Program-made: the position numbers and the translations under genes
Assembly: GCF_006345805.1 (NCBI RefSeq)
Contig: NC_042998.1
Location: 146,444,001-146,508,000 of the forward strand
DNA: 64,000 nucleotides
Direction: 5' to 3'
DNA from: Octopus sinensis
Taxonomy: Eukaryota
The notes under the pieces: model-generated
The model's database searches: none
What the model was told of the DNA's origin: nothing
The model's input: the letters and a program-made list of their open reading frames with translations, nothing else
Part shown: positions 1 to 11,754 of the stretch, piece by piece
Layout: each line of letters begins with the position of its first letter
How positions within the stretch are numbered: the first letter of the stretch is position 1

Positions 1-198
1 ATTTTCTCTCCCTATTTATTTCTATGTTCCTTTCTGTCGAAGAGCGTAGGTTCGAAACGTAAAAGACTTTCTCACTTCCCGAGCGTTAAACTAATACATC
101 TGTTTGTTGTTTACAGACCCATCTTCGTCTTTTTTTTAATTGTAAATTCTCACCACTAAGGATTCTGCCAGCTCACCACCTTAGACTCTGCAAAATAC

Positions 199-565
199 GT
201 GGCACTCGGTCAGATACGACGACGAGGGTTCCAGTTGATCCGATCAATGGAACAACTTGCTCATGAAATTAACGTGCAAGTGGCTGAGCACTCCACAGAC
301 ACGTATACCTTTAACGTAGTTCTCAGGGAGATTCAGCGTGACACAGAGTGTGACAAGGCTGGCCCTTTGAAATACAGGTACAGCAGAAACAGGAAGAAAG
401 AGTGAGAGCAAGTTGTTGTGAAAGAGTACAGCAGGTTTCGCCATTACCCCCTGCCAGAGCCTAGTGGAGATTAAGGTGTTTTCGCTCAATAAACACTTAT
501 AACGCTTGGTCTGGGAATCGAAACTGCGAGCCCGCTGCCTTAACTACTGGGTCATTGTGCCTCCC
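199..565 (-). mobile_element. tRNA-derived SINE
   Basis: The minus strand begins GGGAGGCACAATGACCCAGTAGTTAAGGCAGC (A-box-like) followed by GTTTCGATTCCC (B-box-like), then a repeat-like body. The 3' boundary is approximate. Confidence 0.7.
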
Positions 566-849
566 TACTCTACCAAATAAGATAACGTTATGGTTGATCT
601 ATTATAACAAAGAAACGAGAGAGTGGGGAGAAAGAGAGAGAGAGGGGGGGGAGAAGGGTAGAGAGAGATGGTGATCATAGAAACCTTATCTTAAGTGAAA
701 ATGGTTGTGGTATAAATAAAAATCTTGTGGAAAGGTAAGAATCAATGCCAGTAATTATCTAATACGTATTATATCACCAACTGATTCAGATTTTTATTGT
801 CCTATAAGGAGAATTTTTTCTCTCGAGACACCTTGTGCAGCGTTCGTAT

Positions 850-1804
850 TGTAGGGAATACGACCGTACGTAAGGAGTTGGTGACAAATGTCTCTACGGT
901 CGCCCCTAACAAAATAAGAAGCCAAATACATAATATAAAACACAATGCCAAAAGGAATAAATGAGGACGACAAACCGTTCTACTGTTTGAGAGAGAAGAA
1001 GACTTTATTTACAATGTGTACAGAGATAAAGTATGGGTGCTAGCAAAGTGTAGTGTCTGAATGCATGCGCATAGGTGTATGCGACAGAGGTGTATACGTA
1101 TAAAACAGAATACAGAGCATAAGATCAGCATATTGAGTTAAGAGGGAATTTATTTACCAGTTCGTAAGTGACGTACACGATAGCAAGAGTTCTATAACAA
1201 GATGTTGTGGACACTAGGCAGAGGCCGGTTGGGTACATGTCGTGCAGCGGTTTGTGGCTTCAATGCCGTGTCGAGTCTCTTGATACAGAAATTTCTTTCA
1301 GGTAGACTGTAACTGTTTTACCTCGCTGAAATATTCACAAACAGCGTGGAGTCTAAACCTGGACGATGTTGTTGTGTACATATTTGAAGTTGACGGTGGT
1401 AATGGTGGAGACGTCCTACGCTGCTGGTGTATATTAGCGTCGTCATGGCTGAAGCAGGAGCATGGCTGTCTGGCTGGTCATCTGTCGCTGGAACTGGAAC
1501 ATGGCTGAGTAGCTCGGTGGTCAGTGACTAGACCTTAGAAGTTCTAGAGCCAAAGACCTGGACGGTTGTTGATCTCGCCCTTTTAAAGCCTGGGGTAGGC
1601 TCAAATGAAGCAGACCTTATCCGAAGACTGTGATTGGTTGGCTTACACACTGGCGCGAAATAAGTCGAAAGACAAACCGCGCCAAATGCCAACCAATCAG
1701 AGCAGTGGACACAACAGAGTCAAACTAGCCAAAGATGGTTGTAATCTCACACGAGATTATTCTTAATGTGTCTCTCAAACAGTGAGGATATCAGTTGCGC
1801 TACA
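850..1804 (-). mobile_element. Solo LTR (Gypsy-type), ~955 bp
   Basis: Termini TGTAG...CTACA are flanked by a 4-bp TSD GTAT (846-849 and 1805-1808). AATAAA lies on the minus strand near 1004-1009, and an inverted CCAAT pair lies near 1632 and 1693. No coding remnant is visible. Confidence 0.8.
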
Positions 1805-2394
1805 GTATTATCTTTACATGTTTGCATGTCCGAATACTACTCGACCATATTAAATAAAATTGTAAGCGTCTTCCTCCTCCTCTAAAGTTGCTGGTTTTGT
1901 ATCAAAGTTTGAAACTATTGCTAGAGTACAAAAGCTCAGAACAAAAACTGCTTAAAATTTCCTGGATCTGGATTGGTACTATCTCATTGATACAAAAAAA
2001 GGACAAAAAGAAAAAGCAGAAAAGAAAGTTGGTGAAATTTTAACGCAATTCGTAGAGAATCAGATCAAAAGGTACAAAGCCCTAACGATTCTGTCAGTTT
2101 TACACTGGGATGTAACTAATCATCAACAACCCCTGGGCATTAAAGTCTCGATTCCTAAGACTCATAGGACCGTTTACCTGTTTTGCAAAGCGTATTATTG
2201 TCCGAGATCACAACGTTATTTTGCCGCAGGGTCAATTAATTAGCAGCTGAGTGAACTGGAGCAATGTAAAATAAAATATTTTGCTCAAGAACACAACCCC
2301 ACCCAGGCTTCCAATCGTGAGTGCAACATCTTAACCACAAGGACACACGTTTGACTAAAGTTAAATATAAAAAATATTCAAACAAAGGAAAACT

Positions 2395-4815
2395 GGTAGA
2401 AGCAAGAAGGAAGCTGCCACAAAACTGAAATCAGATTGGTGAGAGGCCAAAGCTGAAGAGGTACGGTACTATGCAGATAAAAACGATATGAAAGCATTTT
2501 ACTCAGAACTTCGAGAAGAGGCACAACAAAACTGATAGCTCTTGACGGCAAAACGGTACTCCATGAAAATCAGAGAGCTTAGATAGCTTTACCAATCATT
2601 TTAACAGGTTACTTGATATCTCAGGTTTTATGGACTATACCGCCTTTGAGAAGGTTACACAACAACTAGCCATCCAATCCTTAGATGACAAACTATTTAC
2701 AAGGAATTCAATGATGCAATCAAACAAATGAAAGAAGGTAAAGCACCAGGCAAATGTAACATACCCGCTGCAGTCGGGAAGCATGGAGGTGTGAAGCTTA
2801 TTGAAAGCCTCTATAGCATTGTGCTCCAGATCTGGGGAACGGAAACAGTTCCACAAGACTGGAAAGACGCAGGTATCGTTCCTATCTTCAAAAAAGTTTG
2901 TAGAACGGACTGTGGAATCTACTGAGAAATATCACTTTTATCAATAACTGAGATCTTGGCTAATATTCTACTGAACAGACTAAATTAGTATATCTGTCCA
3001 AATGTCTTACCTCAGACTCAGTGTGACTTCCGTCGCGGTAGAAGCACTGTGTGCATGTCTTCTGTTTTCGCCAAATTCAGGAAAAATGCATTGAGCAGGA
3101 CATGCCTATGTATGCAGCAGTGGCGGCTCGTGTATAGGCACTGCGGAACTGCTGCACCCCCTATTTTCACTCGATATTATTGATAACATTCAATATAATG
3201 AGTCCTTATTTCTTTAATTCTTTCTTTATGCTTGTACATTATATAATCCTCAAGCTTAATATCAGTAGTCATCCCCTAGTTTATTAAAAAAATGCAAAAA
3301 TCCTTGTATGGAACTGTGCGCTTCACAGTTCCAGCGTCGCGGTGTTTGGCTGTTGTGTGCATGCGCACATGTCCGAGATAGGAAACTGCACGCTAGGGAG
3401 AGAGAGTACTGTGATTCAGACAGTGCCGACCCTTGTGTGCTGGTGAAAGGTAGTGTTTCTTTTTGACTCCGCGTGTGTTGTGCTTTAAAACGTGTTTATA
3501 TTCTTGAATGTGATAAAGTGTTGAATCAGATTATCATCCTTCTTCCAGTTATAGTCTTGCTGTCAGGATTTGAAAAATAGGGCAGATTTCCACTCCCTTA
3601 TTTTGTGATTTAGGGGGAATTCGTAGTGATGTTCAGTGAATAAATGAAACACACTACCTGGCAGTGGATTAGACACCATCCGATCAAATTTATGTATAAA
3701 TTTTCGTTTTATATGTTTGTTTCCTTTTACACAATATTAAAACAACGGCTAAAAATTTTCTGAAGCAGCGCCCCCACTAATTTTATCTACGAGCCGCCAC
3801 TGGTATGCAGTATTCATATATTTCACAAGGGATTTTGACACAGCATTCCGTGAGTCGTACTAGCTCCAGCACCGTTTTTCAATCTGGCAGCAGTGTTGGA
3901 AGTTGCCTTTGAGGGAATTGGAGGTGGGATTTACATCCGGAGCAGGTATAATGCTGATCCGTTCAATGTAAAGCCAAGACGCGCACTACGAAGGCCCTTG
4001 TACGAGAGATACTGTTCGCTGATGATAGTGTGCTTTGTTGCCCACACTGCTGAAGGTATACAGAAACTGGAAATTAACTTTGCTAGAGTTGCACAACAGT
4101 TCAACTTAAAGATTAACCTCAGAAAAATCGAATGTCTTTACCAACATATGGAGAACCTAACTTTCCTGTAACAGAGAAAATATTGCTATTAGAGATGTAA
4201 GGTTGGCCCAGTGCAAAGCATTCAAATACCCAGGCAGCACCATCTCACATAATGCACGACTGGACCAAAAAAAATCACACAAAATGAGCAGGCTGTAGGG
4301 GAGGCTGTGGAAAAATAGAAATGTTTCTATACGTGTCAAATGTAAGGTATACCAGGCTATAATGATTTCTTCCCTGCTGCAATGTGCTAAAACCTGAACG
4401 GTCTGCAAAGCTAAAGTAGACAAGTTACATGCATATATGAAGAGACAGATACGACGAATTATGAATATCGCTCTCCTTGACAAGATCAAGAATGAAAAGA
4501 CCTTACGGCGTGTTGGTCTACCTCCTATGATGGAAATCCTCATTGATAGAAATTTACGTTGGTTGGGTCACGTACACAAGATGAAAAACAAATTCCCCAG
4601 ACAAATCCTTTACTTCCAACTATGCAAGAGGAAAAGAAACTATAGAAAATCTAGACTGAGATTCAAATATACTACAAAAAGGAATGTGAGGTGGAAAGGA
4701 ATTGATCATAATAAATAGCAAACCCAAGTGAAAAACAGACGAATTTGGAGAAAGTTTAAGTCATGCCAAAGCCACGAACAGTCACAGTCGTGACAGCTGA
4801 CGGCAAAGATAATGA
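2395..4815 (+). pseudogene. Decayed RTE-clade LINE ORF (RT region), interrupted by a hAT MITE
   Basis: Peptide fragments MKEGKAPG..IP, VPQDWKDAGIVPIFKK..DCG.Y and LRWLGHVHKM..PRQILY are typical of RTE RT and C-terminus. Many stops and frameshifts; boundaries approximate. Confidence 0.85.
3118..3802. mobile_element. Non-autonomous hAT element (MITE)
   Basis: Perfect 14-bp TIR CAGTGGCGGCTCGT / ACGAGCCGCCACTG; 8-bp TSD GTATGCAG (3110-3117 and 3803-3810). Confidence 0.92.
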
Positions 4816-5105
4816 TACGTAGTCCTCCTTGCTTATTTCCCTTAGACACTGTCAATTTCTTCTTTCTTTTGTTTTCTTTCTGTCACTTCAAATCCATTTA
4901 GTGTTTCTGATAAACATTTCCTTCTTCCGGCAAATTAGTTTATTTCGCTCTATGAACTTCTATTTACTGTTTGCTTATATCGACTTTTTGCTTCATTGGA
5001 TTCTTTATTGTTTACCTAAAAGAAAAACAACAAAAAACATCCGACAAAGTTTTTCTCCCGTGCAAAACTTAATCGACAACAACTTTTGCATTTTTTACAT
5101 CGAAG

Positions 5106-5111
5106 GTGAGT
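5106..5111 (+). promoter_or_regulatory. Candidate 5' splice donor (possible non-coding first exon of the propeller gene)
   Basis: AAG|GTGAGT is a perfect consensus, in non-repetitive CpG-retaining sequence. Confidence 0.3.
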
Positions 5112-5151
5112 GGAGAATTTATTTATCTTATTATTTATTATCTATTTAGAG

Positions 5152-5630
5152 CAGGAGTGGGGAAACTTTTTAGTGCGGCGGGTAAAAATTTCCAAAGAAA
5201 AAGGATCGCGGGTGGATCACAAGTTCTAACTGTGTAAATCTTGCATATATCTATGTATAATTCGATATACATTAATAAAGATAAGATTAACACATTAAGT
5301 TAACGCGCAACATCTCATTAAGGCCGCCACCGAATTTAGGACGTTTATATTACTTTCGAGATATTCTTTATTTTTCAGCTAGAGTGTAGTTGGGTCTCAA
5401 GGGGGTGTTTTATAGTGAAAGTAATATGTGTTTTATAATGAAAATAAAATGTCGATTCACTTGGCAATTACCAGACGATTTTCTGTTCGAGTCTAACCAT
5501 TTTAAATCGCAGTGGAAATGCGACCTATGTCGCAAATAGGTATACGAATATTGTATAAATTTTATAATCGAAAAGTTTACTATATTTTGTACAGACGAAT
5601 GTATCAGCCCGCGGGGGTTCCCCACCACTG
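5152..5630. mobile_element. Non-autonomous hAT (Charlie-like) MITE
   Basis: Imperfect TIR CAGGAGTGGGGAA / TTCCCCACCACTG; 8-bp TSD ATTTAGAG (5144-5151 and 5631-5638). Confidence 0.88.
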
Positions 5631-5759
5631 ATTTAGAGTGGGAATTGGGTTCTGTAAAAGCTTTTGGAAAACTGAAAGTTAAACGTGGTATTTTAAAGTT
5701 TAGTGCAGGAATGGGTAACCTTTGTGGGTTAATATAAAGATCTTCACCCGTTAACAAAA

Positions 5760-6395
5760 ACACAAAATCCCCAGCCTGCTGGGTGTTAACAATTGTGTAG
5801 AAAACGAATATGACAAAAACGAACCTGGGGGATGGGGAGAGGACTTTCAGTAACTTCACAAGATCCGATTTTTCCGTCATAACTTTCGGGAAAATGGATA
5901 TATATTGATTTTTTTTACGGGATCCCACGTTTTTGGTTATGGAGGATCCGATTCTGAATTTTTTTTTCAAAAATCGCATTTTCAAAACTTCAGTTCACCC
6001 TCCCACTCTTCATTTTTCACTTTTCCCGGAAATTTTCCCAATTTTTTTTTTATGAAATACGTAGAAAAAGGCGAAGATTGAGATGAAATTTGTGGGGAAA
6101 TCCACAAAATCCGAGTTTTTCCCTCGTAACTTTTAGTAGAATGGGTTTTTTCAATGAAATTTTATAGAAATAGGCGCAGGAGGGGCTGTGTGGTAAGTAG
6201 CTTGCTTACCATCCTCATGGTTCCGGGTTCTCCAGCATGGCCGCAGTCATGAAACAAGTAAAAGAGTAAAAGATTAAATACATTTCAAACGGCATACATT
6301 ACGATTATAAATTTGTGAGGAAAATCTTTTCCAAAGGGTGGGGAGAGAGGACTTGGGAAAATTCACAAGATCCAATTTTTTCCCTCATAACTGTT
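5760..6395. repeat. Unclassified repeat with three copies of an internal ~30-bp motif
   Basis: CACAAGATCCGATTTTTCCGTCATAACT-like motif at ~5857, ~6103 and ~6364; interrupted by a SINE fragment. Confidence 0.5.
6172..6272 (+). mobile_element. Internally deleted SINE (head fused to tail)
   Basis: The head AGGCGCAGGAGGGGCTGTGTGGTAAG..GGTTC joins directly to the tail TCCAGCATGGCCGCAGTC..GAAACAAGTAAAAGAG. Both parts match the full copy at 11338-11743. Confidence 0.75.
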
Positions 6396-6487
6396 TATAT
6401 AAGTGTGTGTGTATATATATGTGTGTGTATATGTGTGTGTATACATATGTGCATATATGTATGTATATATGTATATGTGTATATATA

Positions 6488-7122
6488 GCCAAATCGGCTA
6501 TCTGGGCGCTGTCTGTACGTCCCATTAGTACATCAAACGCATTAGGGGTATCTCTACGGACCAACAACTTGCTATCGAACTGGATGAAAGATTTCCTAGC
6601 AGTCAATGTCACACTAATTTCCTCCCTGGAGAGGCCTGCCTTATTGTGTGCGTGCCATAGGGCCTTATTAAGTATAATAGGGTTGATTGAAGAATAGAAA
6701 CTAGATATATCGAATTGGATAAATTTAGTGTTGGCCTTATCAGTAATAGAAGTAAACCAATCTACGACTTGAACAGAATTGGACCATAAGCTAAGTTTTA
6801 ATTTATTAATTAATATAGGGATATACTTATCTAATATGTATTTACTAAGGGTACCGATGTCTGAACTGGAAGGGCATATGAGCCGCAATGCTGGGTTAGT
6901 ATGAAAGTTCTGTTTGTGGTCCTTTAAGATGAATCTGGGTTGCCTGGGGTTCAATGGTTCCGTCTTCATCTGTAATCCGTAAGTCTCCATAATCTGCTTA
7001 GTTTCTAAGTTGGTTTGCCTGAGAGTATTCCTACTGGTGGTCCTGTAATTCTTATGTATCTCCTTTTTGAGCAGTTCTAAATAATGGCTCTTGGTAAGCT
7101 TATATATGTTGCCGGTTTTATC
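6488..7122 (-). pseudogene. Penelope-like element RT, N-terminal part (inverted segment)
   Basis: DKTGNIYKL, FILKDHKQNF..P.LRLICP, IQFDISSFYSSI and FDVLMGRTDSAQIADL correspond to PLE RT motifs up to motif B. Confidence 0.88.
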
Positions 7123-9057
7123 ATAAACCTTCCACTAATCTTAAGTATATCAGCATTTTCAGTAATCATGCCAAGCCAATTACCGATAATTTAGTTAAAA
7201 ACATATCTCTGAGACTGTCCAAATTATCTGCTAATGTCGACATCTTTAACCAAAAGGCAGACTTCTATAACGCCGCCTTGTCAAGAGCCGGTTATAAGGA
7301 GAAAGTGTCATACATCAACCCAGCTCATTCTAAACCAACATCTGCTTCTCCAGATAGTAAAGTTACTCGTAATAGGAATAATGATTTCAATTCTAATAGT
7401 GCCAGCAACCCTGTACATAAAATAAATTCTTTACGGACTAGGGGAGGTAAGCACCATGCAACCCCAAATTTCCAACCCAGAAATTTTCCCCTTACTATCA
7501 CAAACAACAGTAAGAACAATTCAAAGGCCACAAAAAACTGTATCTGGTTTGTAATACCTTTCGGAAAACAAATTAAATCGAACCTTCCCTTACAGTTCCG
7601 TGAAGCCGTTGCTAGGAACTTTCCCAGAAATTCTAGATATCATTCTATTATCAATTCCCACAAGGTCAGAATAGCTTTCTCTAACACTAGGAATCGTTCA
7701 CAAGTTATATCTTCCCACAATACCAAGCTGCTAAACAAAGATTCTTCACCCGGGAGTTCCAACACTAATCTTGCTAATTCCAACCCATCATACAATCATA
7801 ATAATAGGAATAGTATTAATAGTAGCAGCATTAGTAGCAGCGAAAGTGTTAACAATGATAATATTAAAAATAGTATTAATCGTGTTAATAACAATGGTAG
7901 TGTTGATGGTAACAACAATAACGGTATTATTGTCGGTGGTATTGCTGGTTGTAATACCATTAATAATACTAATAATAATAGAAATAGTGTAGTTGTTAGC
8001 GCTAATAATAATAGTAACAACAATCATAACAATAAAAACTTCGTCTCGATCTCGGAGGACAACCCCAACAGAATTAAATTTTTGTCTAGTAATTCTAAGA
8101 TTAAGAATTCCATTTACCAGTGTAGAATTTCTTCTGGTACTGATGTCTTCTATATAGGAGTGTCCACTTCCCAGTTATCCAAGAGAATTTCAAACCACTA
8201 TTCAACATTCAGGGATAGGAAAAAACGACATAGTACAGGGCTAAGTAAATTAATTTGGCGTCTTAAAGACAACAATATAATTTTCAAGTTAGATTGGTTC
8301 ATATCGTCTGTATCCTTTCCTTTTAATAAGGGCAGGAGATTTTGTAACATTTGTAACTCTGAACTCTTCCATATTCTTTTCGATAAGGTTCCCCTAGTAA
8401 ACACACTCATAGAAAAACGTACAAATGTAAACACTGGCAGAAACACACTTTCTACTCATATAAATGATAACGATAGTCACTGTGGTTTGAACAATTAGCT
8501 TCACGTCCACCCCACTGCTATAGAGAAATTCTTTACTAAGCCTTGGAACATTCTTTCAATCAACGTACCCTTCCCTCTCCACTTGTTCCCTACCTATTAT
8601 TCCCTTATACCTTCCCTTCCTACTATCTATCTTTGACGGATGTCTCTCTCTCACACACAAAATCACACACACAGACACAAATGCAGTTATACACACACAC
8701 AAACACACGCACTCATTAACACAAGCACACACCCACACATTTCCATACATACAGCAAACATACTGTTCCCTACCTATTATTACTTTATCCCTTCTCTTCC
8801 TCCTACTATCTATTTTTGACGTCAATTCTTCTAACGGATTTTAAAAAAAAAACACTCATTATCGCTTTGTTTACCATGTAGGCAATCATCGAAATTTTTG
8901 TGTGTCTTGTTGAGAGAGGCTCCCTTTCTTTCCTGATGAGAAGATTGCATAATGCACCCTTTATTCCTTTGGAATGAAAATATGCTGTCTTCGAAACATG
9001 TGTCGAGAGTAAAGGAATTTTGTTAACATCTTCGTTCGACTCAATTCTTTCATTTAT

Positions 9058-9058
<1 letters not shown>
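7122..9058 (+). mobile_element. Penelope-like element 3' part: RT thumb, Asn-rich linker, GIY-YIG endonuclease and pseudo-LTR
   Basis: HKPSTNLKYI..SNH (RT thumb); SIYQC..FYIGVS..SKRISNH..F and STGLSKLIWRLK..CNICNSE (PLE GIY-YIG). The element ends in a (TA)n tract at 9059. Confidence 0.88.
8921..9016 (+). ncRNA. Type I hammerhead ribozyme in the Penelope pseudo-LTR
   Basis: CTGATGA at 8933-8939; stem II GAAGA..GCATA / TATGC..TCTTC; GAAA at 8993-8996; minimal stem III AC[ATGT]GT; cleavage triplet GTC at 9002-9004; stem I CTTTC/GAGAG with a possible CTTT/AAAG extension. Confidence 0.85.
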
Positions 9059-9096
<38 letters not shown>

Positions 9097-9392
9097 GGTG
9101 TATATGTGTATATGTATATATATATATTGATGTATATTGTTTTGTTCGATTTGGATGTTCCTATTTATATAGTTAATAAATAATATGAAATGGTATTATC
9201 TGTAAGTTGATGATTGAAATGAATTTATTCCTCCATTTTCTTATTTGTATTATGAATTTACGGTAAAATATTTTACCTTCGCCCATCCGATACAATAAAT
9301 GAATTAATTGCATTGCAATTATAAGCATTTATGTACTTAGCATTTGGGTGCTTCACCATAGTGGGTTACCCTCATAAGCTCTATCTTACTTT

Positions 9393-9432
<40 letters not shown>

Positions 9433-9504
9433 AATATAATATGTGACAATTATTCGGTAGCCATGATAAAACTCCGAGTTTTGGATGTCGGGGCGGAAAC
9501 CCAT

Positions 9505-11337
9505 GAGGTAATGAAGGTCACAGAGAGGATCATAGCCCAATGAATTAGGGAGAGAGTCAGTTTAGATGAGATGCAGTTTGGGTTTGTGCCAGGGAAAAGT
9601 ACCACTGATGCTATATTTCTGGTAAGACAGCTGCAGGAGAAATACCTAGCCAAAGATAAACCTCTGTACCTGGCTTTCGTTGACATGGAGAAAGCCTTTG
9701 ACAGGGTCCCCCAGTTCCTTATCTGGTGGTCAATGAGGAAACTAGGGATAGATGAATGGTTAGTATAAGAGCTGTGCAAGCCATGTACAGGGACGCTGTC
9801 AGTAAGGTGAGGGTTGGCAGCGAGTACAGTGAAGAATTCCAGGTAGAGGTAGGGGTCCATCAAGGTTCAATCATCAGCCCTCTCCTGTTTATCATAATCC
9901 TCCAGGCAATAACAGAGGAATTCAAGACAGGATGCCCCTGGGAGCTCCTCTATGCTGACAACCTTGCTCTAATTGCTGAGTCACTATCAGAACTGGAGAA
10001 GTTTCAGGTGTGGAAACAAGGATTAGAATCAAAGGGCCTTAGAGTCGACCTAGCTAAAACCAAAGTCCTAATAAGTAGGAAGGCAGGCAAACCTCAAATC
10101 CTTTCAGGTAGTTGGCCCTGCTCGATCTGTAGAAAAGGCGTAGGTAGAAACTCTATAAGATGTACCCAGTGTAAGCTATGGACACATAAGAGGTGCAGTA
10201 ATATCAAAGGAAGGCTAACTGGGAAGATAGTTTTTGTATGTGGCAGATGCTCAGGAGCAATAAACACTGAAAATGCACAGAGACCAACTTCCGCCTCATT
10301 CCAGGGAGAAAAACTAGAAGTAGTTGATAGCCTCCGTTACCTAGGTGACCAAGTCAGTAGTGGAAGAAGGTGCGCTGAAAGTGTAGCTGCTAGAATAAGA
10401 ATAGCTTGGGCAAAGTTCAGAGAGCTCTTACCTCTGCTGGTGACAAAGTGCCTCTCGCTCAGAGCAAAAGATAGACTGTATGACACATGTGTACGAACAG
10501 CCATGCTACATGGTAGTGAAACATGGGCCGTAACTGTTGAGGACATGCATAAGCTCACAAGGAATGAAGCCAGTATGCTCCACTGGATGTGTAATGTCAG
10601 TGTGCATACTCGACAGAGTGTAAGTACCTTGAGAGAAAAATTGGACCTAAGAAGCATCAGATGTGGTGTGCAAGAGAGATGACTGCGCTGGTATGGTTAT
10701 GTGGTGAGAATGGATGAGGATAGCTGTGTGAAAAAGTGCCACACCTTAGCTGTTGAGGGAACCTGTAGAAAAGGTAAAACCAGGAAGACCTGAGATGAGG
10801 TCGTGAAGCATGACCTTCGAACATTAGGCCTCACTGAGGCAATGGACTAGTGAGCGAAACCTTTGGAAATATGCTGTACTTGAGAAGACCTGGCAAGCCA
10901 AGTGAGACCATAACCCGTGGCCTATGCCAGGGTTGTAACCAGCTCACTTGTGCATACCCTTCATTGGACTCTAAACTGTTTGCGAAGATCTGTTGAGGCA
11001 AGTGAAATCGAAATCAAATTCGATGGCAGCACTAAGAGCACCATCCGAGCATGATCATTGCCAGGGCCACTGACTGGCTCCTGTGCCGGTGGCACATAAA
11101 AAGCACCATTTGAGCGTGATCGTTACCAGCATCGCTTTACTGGCACTTGTGCTGGTGGCACGTAAAAGCACCCACTACACTCTTGGAGTGGTTGGTGTTA
11201 AGAAGGGCATCAAGCTGTAGAAACTGTCAGATCAGGCTGGGGCCTGGTGCAGCCATCTGGCTTGCCAGTCCTCAGTCAAATCGTCCAACTCTTGCCAGCA
11301 TGGAAAGCGGACGTTAAACGATGATGATGATGATGAT
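9505..11337 (+). mobile_element. 5'-truncated RTE-like LINE with a PHD finger embedded in the RT region
   Basis: QFGFVPGKSTTDAIF, FVDMEKAFDRVP, GVHQGS and LLYADN (catalytic D replaced by N); a C4HC3 finger; ends in a (GAT)n tail. Confidence 0.93.
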
Positions 11338-11743
11338 ATACTCTTTACTTGTTTCAGTCATTTGACTGCGGCCATGCTGGAGCACCGCCTTTTAGTCGAG
11401 CAAATCGACCCCGGGACTTATTCTTTGTAAGCCCAGTACTTATTTTATCGGTCTCTTTTGCCGAACCGCTAAGTAACAGGGACGTAAACACACCAGCATC
11501 GGTTGTCAAGCAATGCTAGGGGGACAAACACAGACACACAAACACATACACACACATACATATATATATACATATATACGACAGGCTTCTTTCAGTTTCC
11601 GTCTACCAAATCCACTCACATGGCATTGGTCGGCCCGTGGGCTATAGCAGAAGACACTTGCCCAAGATGCCACGCAGTGGGACTGAACCCGGAACCATGT
11701 GATTGGTTAGCAAGCTACTTACCACACAGCCACTCCTGTGCCT
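11338..11743 (-). mobile_element. Full-length composite tRNA-derived SINE
   Basis: Minus-strand head AGGCACAGGAGTGGCTGTGTGGTAAG (A box) ... GGTTCAGTCCC (B box), an internal microsatellite, and tail GAAACAAGTAAAGAGTA. Several other copies occur in the window. Confidence 0.9.
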
Positions 11744-11754
11744 ATATATATATA

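Noticed and set aside
25-70. Hammerhead-like motif TCGAAGAG-CGTAGG-TTC-GAAACGT
   Set aside because: The core deviates from CUGANGA and no convincing stem I or NUH could be built. At most it is a decayed PLE terminus cut by the window edge.
5410-5985. 191-aa minus-strand ORF
   Set aside because: It spans a hAT MITE and an unrelated repeat, has a non-ATG start and no protein motifs.
7771-8027. Hydrophobic Leu/Ile-rich short ORFs resembling membrane peptides
   Set aside because: They are alternative-frame and antisense readings of the Asn-rich low-complexity PLE linker.
9455-9504. Possible minus-strand hammerhead remnant before the RTE LINE
   Set aside because: The CUGANGA half is missing (truncated by the LINE) and GAAA is mutated, so it cannot be supported.
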